A DNA stretch of 61,276 nt, the filler included. It is 5 parts of 5 records of this genome, joined end to end, with 100 filler letters (N's around TTAATTAATTAA, not from the genome) between each part and the next. Parts side by side here need not be neighbours in the genome. Positions count along the whole stretch, not along the records: positions 1 to 19,027 come from DRR378314_2237; 4 more parts are not named here. One strand, 5' to 3'. Shown here one piece after another: positions 1 through 9,247 of this stretch. Numbering within the stretch: the first letter of the stretch is position 1; every line of letters starts with the position of its first letter. A program made the position numbers and the translations under genes. The notes below the pieces were generated by a model. That model worked only from the letters and a program-made list of their open reading frames with translations, searched no databases and was not told where the DNA came from.

Positions 1-30
1 CCCAGGGTTCGAATCCCTGTCTCTCCGCCA
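1..30 (+). tRNA. 3' end of a tRNA, probably tRNA-Ser (partial; anticodon outside window)
   Basis: CAGGG-TTCGAAT-CCCTG T-arm followed by acceptor strand TCTCTCC, discriminator G and encoded CCA; this 3' end is typical of tRNA-Ser. Confidence 0.85.
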
Positions 31-145
31 GTCTACCTGCCGAATATTGCCCCTTGTCGCTGTTTGACCAGCCCCGCGCGGGCGAAGTTTCACCCCCTAT
101 ACCTTTGGTAAAGGGGGCGATTTAGCGTGGTATTGGTCGGATCAG

Positions 146-679
146 TCAGACTACTTCTGACTGGCCCTCTGGCGAGGCAAGATACCGCCCCAGCGCAATC
201 ATCATCGCGCCGGAAGAAATCAATTCAACGGCAAAGAACAGACCCAGAGTGATGGCCAATGTACCCGGCATTCCCAGCATGATCATCAAACCAAGGGCAA
301 GTGACAACAGCCCACTGATCAGCACCGCCCAAAAGGCCTGACGGTTATCGAAGGTCCGGGCCATAAAAAGCTTCCCCAGCCCCGCCACAAACAACATGGT
401 CGCGGTCAGAATGGTCAGGGACACAATACCGGCCAGCGGATTGGCAAGCAGCGACACACCAAGAGCGATAAAGGCAATTGCGATCACGATGGCCCAGGTG
501 CGGGCTTTCCAGCCTTCCTCGCGAAAGGAGAAGATCAGCTGTAAAATGCCGATGGCGAGGAAAGATGCGCCGGCCAGTGTTTCTGCAGCAAGCGTGGCCG
601 CAACCGGGTTAAGAAGAGCAAAGAAGCCTGCAACAAGTGAGAGGCCACCGAGAATGTACCAATAAGTTGGTTTGGTCAT
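146..679 (-). CDS. HdeD/DUF308 family membrane protein
   Basis: 177 aa, ~6 hydrophobic helices, repeated 'ALLNP..A' / 'LLANPLAG' DUF308-type units. Confidence 0.8.
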   Translation of the reverse strand: MTKPTYWYILGGLSLVAGFFALLNPVAATLAAETLAGASFLAIGILQLIFSFREEGWKARTWAIVIAIAFIALGVSLLANPLAGIVSLTILTATMLFVAGLGKLFMARTFDNRQAFWAVLISGLLSLALGLMIMLGMPGTLAITLGLFFAVELISSGAMMIALGRYLASPEGQSEVV

Positions 680-754
680 GAGTATGTCCCTTTATAGAGT
701 TTCAGTTTCGTCCGTGCGTTTCTCTGACCGGCGCACCGGTCAGAGACAGCCCGT

Positions 755-1246
755 TTAGGCCGCTTCAAGCATGGCGCGCAGTTTCTCTTCATCTGCGCGC
801 GAGAGCGATGTCGTGTGGACAGTTCCCTTCCCCGCGTATTTCTCCAGACCTTCCATCACCCTGTCTTGAGTTATATCACGAACAAGGACAAAAACGGCAG
901 CGTGATTTTCTTTTAGGTCACCACCAACATTTTTCATGAACTGATCGTCGACGCCGATATCGGTCAGGGCTCCGCTCATTGCACCGGTGCCAGCCCCGAT
1001 AACCGCACCCAACAAGGGGTTCAGGAACAGCAGACCAATCAGCGTACCCCACCAGCCACCATTCAAGGCCCCGATGGCCGTCAGGTTCATCGCCTGATGC
1101 AGTTTTGGTTTGCCTTCTGCATTGCGGGTGACAACGACGGCGTCGTCAATACCCAGAAGGTGATCCTGTTCCATTCGCACAAGATCTGTACGCATTTCGA
1201 AGGCTGTGGTGTGGTCCTGAAAGATTACTGCGATCAGCTTTGACAT
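755..1246 (-). CDS. DUF1269 family membrane protein
   Basis: 'DAVVVTRNAEGKPKLHQ..GALNGGWWGTLIGLLFLNPLLGAVIGA..TDIGVDD' pattern; start set at MSKLIAV, preceded by AAGGA. Confidence 0.8.
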   Translation of the reverse strand: MSKLIAVIFQDHTTAFEMRTDLVRMEQDHLLGIDDAVVVTRNAEGKPKLHQAMNLTAIGALNGGWWGTLIGLLFLNPLLGAVIGAGTGAMSGALTDIGVDDQFMKNVGGDLKENHAAVFVLVRDITQDRVMEGLEKYAGKGTVHTTSLSRADEEKLRAMLEAA

Positions 1247-1343
1247 GATGTGTTCCTTTGTGTGTGTTGGCGTGTTGCCGTTGTTGATGGACATGTCTTA
1301 GCGGGCATAAGATCGCGGGAATACTTAGAGGATTGTCTATGGG

Positions 1344-1361
1344 GTATAGAATTTGTTATAC
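1344..1361. promoter_or_regulatory. Candidate LysR recognition palindrome
   Basis: GTATA-gaatttgt-TATAC inverted repeat between divergent DUF1269 and LysR genes. Confidence 0.4.
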
Positions 1362-1368
1362 CTTAACC

Positions 1369-2283
1369 ATGTTGTTGGTTCATATCCGTACATTTGTTGA
1401 GGTTTATCGGCAGGGATCCCTGTCAGCCGCAGCATTGCAATTGGGGCTGACGCAGCCTGCTGTGTCACAACATATTGCCAGCCTGGAAAACCATCTTGGG
1501 CGTAAGTTATTTACACGACATGCGCGCGGGGTGGCCCCCACGGCCATCGCAGATGATTTGGCACGCCAAACGGGCGATCCGCTGGACAGTATCGAAGAGG
1601 CGTTGTCGCAAACCCGCGCCACTGCGGCCCGGATGGCGGGCACCATCCACCTGACCGGCCCTTCCGACATCCTGTCTGACCTTGTGTCACCGCATCTTGG
1701 GGTTCTGACCCAAGAAAACCTGAGCGTCGACATGCATCCTGCCATTGGCGATGAGATTGCCACTCGTTTGCTGGAGGGCACTGCGGATTTCGGGTTCGCC
1801 GTTATCAAACCGGATGATGCGCGGCTTGAGGCCTGTCTGGCCGGGCGAGAGGAAATCCTGTTGGCGGTGCCGCCGGAAATGGCCGGTTTTATTCAGGCTG
1901 CGGATACCCTTGGTGCAGCATTGGAAGAACAACCCTTTGTCAGCTACTCGGCGCAGCGCGATCTGATGCGGTTCTGGATGCAGCATCACGGGATTGATGT
2001 TGGGCGATCCGAGGAAAAGGTCACCGCACCTGACCTGCGCGCCCTGCGGCGGCTGGTGGCCGCGGGGCTGGGCTGGTCGATCCTGCCACGCTATCTGATT
2101 GCCGATCAGCTCGCCGACGGATCACTGGTATCGATCCCCGGCGCAAACGGCCCGCTGTTTATCGACTATTACCTGTTGCGCACCAGGGCCTCGCGCCGGA
2201 CACCCCGTCTTGTTGCAGCATGCAAGCTGCTTCTGGAGAGTTTCGACACACAGGAACATCGCAAGGCCGGTACGCGGCTCTGA
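1369..2283 (+). CDS. LysR family transcriptional regulator
   Basis: N-terminal HTH 'FVEVYRQGSLSAAALQLGLTQPAVSQHIASLE..LF.R' plus substrate-binding domain. Confidence 0.93.
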   Translation: MLLVHIRTFVEVYRQGSLSAAALQLGLTQPAVSQHIASLENHLGRKLFTRHARGVAPTAIADDLARQTGDPLDSIEEALSQTRATAARMAGTIHLTGPSDILSDLVSPHLGVLTQENLSVDMHPAIGDEIATRLLEGTADFGFAVIKPDDARLEACLAGREEILLAVPPEMAGFIQAADTLGAALEEQPFVSYSAQRDLMRFWMQHHGIDVGRSEEKVTAPDLRALRRLVAAGLGWSILPRYLIADQLADGSLVSIPGANGPLFIDYYLLRTRASRRTPRLVAACKLLLESFDTQEHRKAGTRL

Positions 2284-2289
2284 GGGGTC

Positions 2290-3691
2290 CTAAAGCAACG
2301 GCGCAAATAGGCGGGCGATGGGCGCGCCGAAGCGGACATGGTGCGGTTGCTCTGGCAGTGATTTCTCAGACCTCAAAATCCGCTTCCAGCATTTTGGCCG
2401 TTGCCTGTGCCGCCTCTTTGTCAAAGATGACTGCGGTTGCCTCAAAATTCAGCCGGCAGGAGCGATTATCAAGGTTGATAGTGCCGATAGAGCTGATCCG
2501 TTCATCTACCAGAATAACCTTTTGGTGCAGAAAGCCATCATCAAACAGCCATATCTCGACACCTGCCTCGCGTAGTTCATCGAAGTAGGCAAAGGCAGCC
2601 AACCACGTGATCAGATGGTCACCCTTCTTGGGCAGCATCAGCCGCACCTCCACCCCCCGTAAAACAGCCAGTTTCAATGCGGCCAGAATGTCGTTTTCTG
2701 TGGCAAGGTAAGGCGTTGCGATCCAAATGCGTTCTTTGGCGGCATGGATCATGGCACAGAAATACAAGGCACCGGTATCCAGTTCATCAGCTGGCCCGGT
2801 TGCAATGATGACCCCGTTCATATCGGCCTCATCAGCCTGCGTGATCCAAGTCAGGCTTTCGGTGATGTCTTCCTCTGACGCGCCATACCAGTCTTCTGCG
2901 AAAATCAGCTGAAGCTGGCTGACCATGGGGCCGCGCAAAGCGCAATGGGTGTCCCGCCATTTGCCGAATTGCGGATCACGACCGGCATATTCATCACCAA
3001 CGTTATAGCCGCCGGTGAATCCGATATGTCCATCCACAACAACCGTTTTGCGGTGATTGCGAAAGTTGATCTGGAACCGCGATTTCGGTCCAAACAAGCG
3101 GTTGATATCAAGAACCTCGATGCCCGCGTCCTTAAGCCCGGATAAATAATCACCGGTCAGCCCCTTGCTGCCCACCGCATCATACAGCAATCGCACGGTT
3201 ACGCCGCGTTTGGCGGCCCGGATCATCGTCTTTTGCAGATCGCGACCAAGGTCATCATCATTGATGATATAAAACTGCACCAGAACATAGTCAGCCGCCT
3301 CGTCTATTGCATTGAACATCGCCTCAAAAGCGTCTTGCCAATCGATAAGCAGCGACATCTTGTTTCCCCGCACGATGGGCAGGTTGGCGATACCTTCAAA
3401 ACCGGATTGAAGGTCTTCCGGTGCGAGATTATGGGCACCAAAGGTTGCTTTTTGACGCGCAACACCTGCAATCACCGCCTGTGCCTTGCGCCGTGCGACG
3501 ACATATCCCTGATAGCGCCAATTCCCCAGAAACAAATAGACCGGCACAGCAATGAACGGCAGGAAGAACAGGAAGGTCGCCCATGCAACCGCCCCTTGCG
3601 GGGTCCTTGCGGTCTGGATCGAGCGGAGGATGAAAACGATGGCCAGAACCTGAAGTGCAATCGCCGCAAACGCAATAATTGTATAGGTCAT
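2290..3691 (-). CDS. cls: Cardiolipin synthase with apparent frameshift near the 3' end (ORF 2366-3691; tail 2290-2367 in another frame)
   Basis: Two N-terminal TM helices, two HKD motifs (NHRKTVVVD, LHQKVILVD); ClsA-type terminus '...ARLFAPLL*' is in a shifted frame. Confidence 0.88.
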
Positions 3692-3800
3692 AGGGTCACC
3701 GCTTTCCTTGTGTCGTTTTTCTACTTCGAGCTCAGAGGCAAAGGCGCAGCACCTGCGCCGCCCCCTAACAGGGTCTGGATGTGCCGGCCTCTAACGGCTG

Positions 3801-4532
3801 TTAGAAATCAACATCTATCACAACGGGCAGATGGTCAGAGGCAAAACGTGTCAAATCCGATCTGTGAACAAAGCTGGCCATTTTTCCGGTGAAGTTGGCA
3901 AGAACAAATCGATCCAAAGAGGCAAAAGGCCGGGAGGCATGGAACGATGGGCCGGGCTTTACTGCCTGCACCCGGTTGCCGAATAGGGTTTCGATCTGGG
4001 CATTTGCGATTGCCGAATTGAAATCCCCGGCGATCAGCACCGGGTAATCGGTTTCGCCAACATGCTCTGCAAGCCGACGCAGCTGTTTTTTGCGGGTGTT
4101 AGGGGTTAGGCCAAGATGCACACCAATCACTTCGAATTTCGGTGTTTCAAAGATGGCGGAGACCGCGCCGCGTGGCTCTAGGGTGGGTAGGCTGACCTTT
4201 CGGTTCTCCACCAGATTAAAGCGCGATTTGCGGAACAGGATCGCGTTGCCGTGCCAGCCGTGACTGGGCGCTTCGGGGTCGAAGTCAGCAAATTCATATC
4301 CAAGTTCGTCCAAAAGCACCTCGGTTGGCAATACTCCGGGGCGGGGGCCAAGGCGTTTGTCCGCCTCCTGAAGCACCACGATATCAGCGTTCATTTCCGC
4401 AAGGACACGCAGGATGCGCGTACTGTCCCGACGCCAGTCCAGCCCCACCGCCTTGCGGATATTATAGCTTGCCACCCGCAAGGAAGAAGTTGCCGGAGGC
4501 GTATTCGCAGGGCAGATCGTCATAGAAGCCAT
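3801..4532 (-). CDS. Endonuclease/exonuclease/phosphatase family hydrolase (YbhP-like)
   Basis: Motifs SYNI, LQE, GNAIL, GDFN, LD and SDHLP. Confidence 0.9.
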   Translation of the reverse strand: MASMTICPANTPPATSSLRVASYNIRKAVGLDWRRDSTRILRVLAEMNADIVVLQEADKRLGPRPGVLPTEVLLDELGYEFADFDPEAPSHGWHGNAILFRKSRFNLVENRKVSLPTLEPRGAVSAIFETPKFEVIGVHLGLTPNTRKKQLRRLAEHVGETDYPVLIAGDFNSAIANAQIETLFGNRVQAVKPGPSFHASRPFASLDRFVLANFTGKMASFVHRSDLTRFASDHLPVVIDVDF

Positions 4533-6079
4533 TCAATCGGTAGCAGTCCCATTACAGCGAATGAGATCTGCTGAAACCACGAGGCTCCCGGTTCCTGCTG
4601 ATAAGAAACTATCTTTCCATCCCCCTGTTTATCAAGCCAGACCATATTGCCGTTTGGCGTAATCTGTGGCTGATAGCTGGCGGTTGTGATAGTGTCCTCA
4701 AAATATCCGTTCATTCGTGCGGCCATGTCAGTGCTTTCGATGAGAAAACCCATTTCTGTATTCAACAAAGCCGATCTTGGATCAAAGTTAAAGGATCCGA
4801 TGAACACCCTGTTGTCGTCAATCGCAAAGGTCTTGGCATGCAGGGATGCGCCTGACAGGCCAAATGGCAAAACCTGAAATCCGTCGCTTTGGGTTGGGGT
4901 TCCCCGCAGCTTCAGTTCAAAAAGATCAATCCCGCCTTCCAGCAATTCACGCCGATAGCGGCTGTAGCCCGCATGCACCAGAAACACATCTGTGGTATCG
5001 AGAGCATTGGTAAGGATCTGCACATCAATATCGCGTGCGGCCAGTGCGTTGAAATAAGAGGTGCCCGCCTGCCCGGGTACAAAATAGGCAGAGGCCAGAA
5101 ACAGCCGCCGCTCCACATCCCCCAAAATCGAAGAGAGCTGGTGAATCATAAGATCTTCCGCCACGGCAATGCCCTGCCCTTTCAAAGGGCTGTCCGCCAC
5201 CACCTGCACCCGTGTCCATTCAAAATCCCCGAACCCACCCTGGGTGACGGAACCGGTTTCGCGGGCAAGGGTGACAATTTCCTGTGCATCTGCACGCCCC
5301 AGCGTCTGCGCAACACGTTGGTTAAACCCCTGTCGATCTATGGGGGCCGTAAAGATCAGCTCGGCCTCAAAAACCGATTGGCTGTTCCAATAATCATCAA
5401 ATATCTGTCGGGTTTCTTCCACGGCGGCACCGACTGCCAGAACGTCCAGATCAAAATAGAAATCCTCGACATCGACCTTGAAATATTCATCACCGATATT
5501 GCGGCCACCAATGATCGCCGCTGCGCCATCCGCAATCAGCGCCTTATTGTGCATGCGCCGGTTGATACGGAAAAAATCGAAACTGTAGCCCAGAAGTTTG
5601 GGGTTCCTGATGGTGGAAGGGTTGTAGATACGGACGTCAAAGTTTTCCTGGCTGTCCAATGTCGCAAGCATCCCATCCATGCCGGGGATGCCATTGTCAT
5701 CAAGCAAGAGCCGCACATGCACCCCCCGTTGTGCTGCCCGGTCCAGCGCGTCCAGCAGGATCATGCCAGAAACATCATCATGCCAGATATAATATTGGAC
5801 ATCGAGCGAGGCTTCGGCGTCTTCGATCAGGCTCAACCTGCTAATCAACGCATCATCATTGCGCGCAAGCGAACGTACCCCGGTAAATCCTGCCTGATGC
5901 TGGCGTTGCTCTGAAATCATGAACTGACCCAAGGTCGTGGTATCATCGGCTGGTGTGCCGAAGGATGCCACCCGGTTAGAAATATCCGGCAGCGGGTACA
6001 ACAGCCGTAGGCAGAAAAGAACAGCAGCGATGCCAATCCCGGCAATAACAATCCTACGAAGTGCTTTTCTCATATTCAT
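4520..6079 (-). CDS. Phospholipase D family protein (ClsC/YmdC-like); start uncertain
   Basis: HKD motifs MHNKALIAD and LHAKTFAID, GGRNIGDEYF, GSFNFDPRS, C-terminal LPIEWLL, N-terminal TM. Confidence 0.9.
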   Translation of the reverse strand: MNMRKALRRIVIAGIGIAAVLFCLRLLYPLPDISNRVASFGTPADDTTTLGQFMISEQRQHQAGFTGVRSLARNDDALISRLSLIEDAEASLDVQYYIWHDDVSGMILLDALDRAAQRGVHVRLLLDDNGIPGMDGMLATLDSQENFDVRIYNPSTIRNPKLLGYSFDFFRINRRMHNKALIADGAAAIIGGRNIGDEYFKVDVEDFYFDLDVLAVGAAVEETRQIFDDYWNSQSVFEAELIFTAPIDRQGFNQRVAQTLGRADAQEIVTLARETGSVTQGGFGDFEWTRVQVVADSPLKGQGIAVAEDLMIHQLSSILGDVERRLFLASAYFVPGQAGTSYFNALAARDIDVQILTNALDTTDVFLVHAGYSRYRRELLEGGIDLFELKLRGTPTQSDGFQVLPFGLSGASLHAKTFAIDDNRVFIGSFNFDPRSALLNTEMGFLIESTDMAARMNGYFEDTITTASYQPQITPNGNMVWLDKQGDGKIVSYQQEPGASWFQQISFAVMGLLPIEWLL

Positions 6080-6216
6080 CTGCCCATGCTGCCCCAAGCC
6101 TATCCACATGTATCATATGTTTTGCGAGGAACGCGGTTTTGCTTCCTGCCCATTTGCATCCGCAGCGCAGGCCCGGTTATGTTCCTATATTATAGCAAGA
6201 ATATCGGAGAAACGTA

Positions 6217-6576
6217 GTGTTGCCTTTCGGAATAACCTTCGCCCGGCTGATTCAGGGCATCGCACGTTCGTGGGACAACCCGTATTTTCGTGCGACGTTG
6301 ATGCTTGCGTTTCTCATTCTGCTGTCTGGTACGCTGTTTTACCGTTCGGTGGAGGGCTGGGGCTGGATCGACGCGATCTACTTCTGTGTCATGACGGCAG
6401 CGACCATCGGCTTTGGTGACCTCGTGCCGACAACGCCTGCATCGAAGGTGTTCACAGTTTTTTATGCGATCACCAGCGTGGGGGTATTCGTGGCATTGGT
6501 GACCCAAATCACCACTGCGTTGATCCGCCTTCCAACCGATAAAGAACCGAGAGATGTCGATATTACAGACGATTAG
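6217..6576 (+). CDS. Small 2-TM potassium channel protein (Ion_trans_2)
   Basis: 'WIDAIYFCVMTAATIGFGDLVP' pore helix and filter between two TM helices; GGAG RBS. Confidence 0.88.
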   Translation: MLPFGITFARLIQGIARSWDNPYFRATLMLAFLILLSGTLFYRSVEGWGWIDAIYFCVMTAATIGFGDLVPTTPASKVFTVFYAITSVGVFVALVTQITTALIRLPTDKEPRDVDITDD

Positions 6577-6630
6577 AGTGGGTTTTACACAGGTGGAGGA
6601 CAATCAGAGAATTGAGCGACGTCTGCCGAG

Positions 6631-8286
6631 TCAGGTCAGACGGCTTTTCAACAGATCGCCGGACTTTGCCAGAATTGGATAGCCAACCATCGAAAAGGAG
6701 GTGTTGATCTGTTTCAGCGCCCGCAGTGTTTCCTGATGGATATTGCTGGTTTCGATGCTTTCTACCAGACCCTCACGCAGCCGTTCCAGATGATGGCGTT
6801 GCAGTTTTTGCTCCACACGCCGCACCTTTTCCTTCGCCGCAACCAGTTCCCGGGCCTCGGCCGGGTTCTGGTTCATCATCACGTTAAGCGCCAGTTGCAC
6901 ATTGCCCAACACACGATCGGCAAAATCACCAATCTCTTCGCGGCCCTTGGGCGAAAAGCTGACACCCTGCGCATGCATGCGTTGGGTCAGTTCCAGCATA
7001 ACCCGGCTGATCGCATCAGAAGCGGCATCTAGGCTGGTTGAAATCGACGCAAGATCCATCGAGCGGCGGCTTAATTCCTCGTTCAGCCCCTGCTGGGCAA
7101 TTTTTGCAAGATAAAGTTTCACCTCAAGGTGCATCTTCTTGATGATCCGGTCCTGCTCCTCAATCGCCTGTGCCTCAAGGCTGTTCCAATTGTCATATAA
7201 CGGCTCTACCGCAATTAGCATCTTTTCGATGCGTTGCCCCATATCCAGCAATTCGCGTGCCGCGCAATCAAGACCCCGGCTGGGGCGCGACAGGGCGGCA
7301 GGATCAAGAGCGCTGGCTGCCTCAAGGTTCAGCCCAACAGGTGATTTATCCGTCATCACCGCGGCAATCATTCGGGTGATGCTGCCAACAAACGGCAAGG
7401 CCAGAACGGCGATGACGATGTTAAACGCTAGGTGCAGATTGATCGCCTGCCGTGCAGGATCAGCGCCCAGATAGGACAAAAGCGTAGGCTGCACAGCAAT
7501 CAGAACAGAGGCAATCAAGGCACCGCCACCGCGCAGAACAAGGTTGCCCACAACCATATGACGTGCTGCAGCGGGGGCAGAGAGGGTCAGCACATAGGCA
7601 ATACAGGCACCGCCCAGATTGGCCCCAAGGATCATCGCCGCAGCGGCGGTGGTCGGCAGGATCCCCTGCCCGACCAATGTGACAAATAACAACACGGCGG
7701 CGACGCTGGAATGCACGATCCATGCAAAAGCCGCGCCGATCACAAAGGCGGTCAACAGGTCGCGGCCCAGATATTCCATCACCATCAGGGTACCGGGGTT
7801 TTCAACCATCGGACCGGTCGCCGCACGGATCATGTCCAGCGATACAAAGATCAGGGCCAGCCCGATCAAAATCCGCCCGACCTGACGCAGACTGTCATTG
7901 CTCGACCGCAGGAACAATGAGACGCCAAGCAACAGCAGCAAGGGAATGAAAAACGATTGCCGCACCAACAGCAGTTGCGACACCAAGGCCGATCCAACAT
8001 CCGCGCCCAGCAGAATGGCAAGGGCCGTCGCCGCGCTCAACCCGCCTTTCGCGACGAAGTTCGATGCCAGAACCGCAACGGCGGTGGAGCTTTGCAAAAA
8101 CACCGCCGCTCCGAGGCCCGAACCTGCGGCCAGCAACCGATTGCTGGCAGAATGGCGCAGCCAGGTCCGCAGCTGGTTAGCAAAACCACGCTCGACACCG
8201 GTCCGCACCAGACGCACAGCCCAGATCAGCAAGGCCGCAGCACCCGCGATGTTCAGTAAAAATCCGATCAGATGTGGTTCGTTCAA
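6631..8286 (-). CDS. Na+/Pi cotransporter family protein with C-terminal PhoU-like domain (YjbB/NptA-like)
   Basis: QSSTA and HSSVA repeats, ILGADVG/ILGANLG, helical C-terminus 'HLERLREGLVESIETSNIH'. Confidence 0.9.
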   Translation of the reverse strand: MNEPHLIGFLLNIAGAAALLIWAVRLVRTGVERGFANQLRTWLRHSASNRLLAAGSGLGAAVFLQSSTAVAVLASNFVAKGGLSAATALAILLGADVGSALVSQLLLVRQSFFIPLLLLLGVSLFLRSSNDSLRQVGRILIGLALIFVSLDMIRAATGPMVENPGTLMVMEYLGRDLLTAFVIGAAFAWIVHSSVAAVLLFVTLVGQGILPTTAAAAMILGANLGGACIAYVLTLSAPAAARHMVVGNLVLRGGGALIASVLIAVQPTLLSYLGADPARQAINLHLAFNIVIAVLALPFVGSITRMIAAVMTDKSPVGLNLEAASALDPAALSRPSRGLDCAARELLDMGQRIEKMLIAVEPLYDNWNSLEAQAIEEQDRIIKKMHLEVKLYLAKIAQQGLNEELSRRSMDLASISTSLDAASDAISRVMLELTQRMHAQGVSFSPKGREEIGDFADRVLGNVQLALNVMMNQNPAEARELVAAKEKVRRVEQKLQRHHLERLREGLVESIETSNIHQETLRALKQINTSFSMVGYPILAKSGDLLKSRLT

Positions 8287-8340
8287 ACTGGGGATACCTT
8301 GTGTTTATCCAATGATACTAGAGAGCTGCGCGGCGGGTTT

Positions 8341-9234
8341 TCAAGGGCGCTGCAAAATGAAATCCGGTTGGATGCCGGAACTGGCAATTGGCCCATGCAC
8401 GTCCTTCCCACCGAAAAACCCGTAGCCGGCGATCAGCGCGGTTTTGATCCCCGCCGCCTGCCCGCCCAGAATATCCGTATGCAAACTGTCACCCACCATC
8501 ACCGTGCGGCCGGGATCGAAAGGACCAAGCTGTGCAAAAGCCAGATCAAAGATATTGCCGAAGGGTTTACCAAAGAAGGTGACCGCAACGCCGGTGGCAT
8601 CCGCAAGACGATGCGCAAAATGGCCCGGTTCGGTCGAAAAGCTGGTTTCGCGCGGCGCGACGATATCGGGGTTGCCGACATAGACGGGCCGTGGATTGCG
8701 CCGCAGTGTGGCTTCCAACAGCTGTTGGCGTTCTTCGGTCCAGACCGCACTGCCCAGCAATAAAAACGCTTCTGCGGCATCATAGACTTGTGGATTGTCA
8801 GCCAGATAGGTGATGTCGAGATGCTGCAGATCCCCCCGGCCAAGGCTTTCGTTCGCCATCAACCCCCATTGTCGGGCGGGTTCCCGACCAAGGCCATGCA
8901 GAATGGTCTTGCGGCTGGTGATCACGTCCTCAGGCGCAAAATCATAGCCAAGGCGCGTATATTTTGCCATCAGATCCGCATGGGGATAGCCGGCGGCATT
9001 GGACACAACCATGACCCTCTTGCCTGCCCTTTGCAGCCCTGCAACCCTTTCGGGCACACCGGCTATTGCGGTTTCACCAATGTTCAGAACGCCAAATGCG
9101 TCCAGCAGAAACGTGTCGATGTCATCCGCCAGCGCATCAAGATCGGGCAAATGGTGACAGGCCGCTGTCCGCTGCACCTTAGGCAGGCGATGGCGCACGT
9201 TTTCATAGGCGGCAAATGCGTCGTCGGTGTTCAA
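8341..9234 (-). CDS. HAD subfamily IIA hydrolase (NagD-like fold, atypical motif I)
   Basis: LLDAFGVL, VSNAA, NPD, GKP, MVGDSLHTDILGG. Confidence 0.88.
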   Translation of the reverse strand: MNTDDAFAAYENVRHRLPKVQRTAACHHLPDLDALADDIDTFLLDAFGVLNIGETAIAGVPERVAGLQRAGKRVMVVSNAAGYPHADLMAKYTRLGYDFAPEDVITSRKTILHGLGREPARQWGLMANESLGRGDLQHLDITYLADNPQVYDAAEAFLLLGSAVWTEERQQLLEATLRRNPRPVYVGNPDIVAPRETSFSTEPGHFAHRLADATGVAVTFFGKPFGNIFDLAFAQLGPFDPGRTVMVGDSLHTDILGGQAAGIKTALIAGYGFFGGKDVHGPIASSGIQPDFILQRP

Positions 9235-9247
9235 TTGTCCGGCCTAT

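Noticed and set aside
1363-1370. TTAACCAT CtrA half-site at the LysR start
   Set aside because: Overlaps the start codon, has no partner site and is probably coincidental
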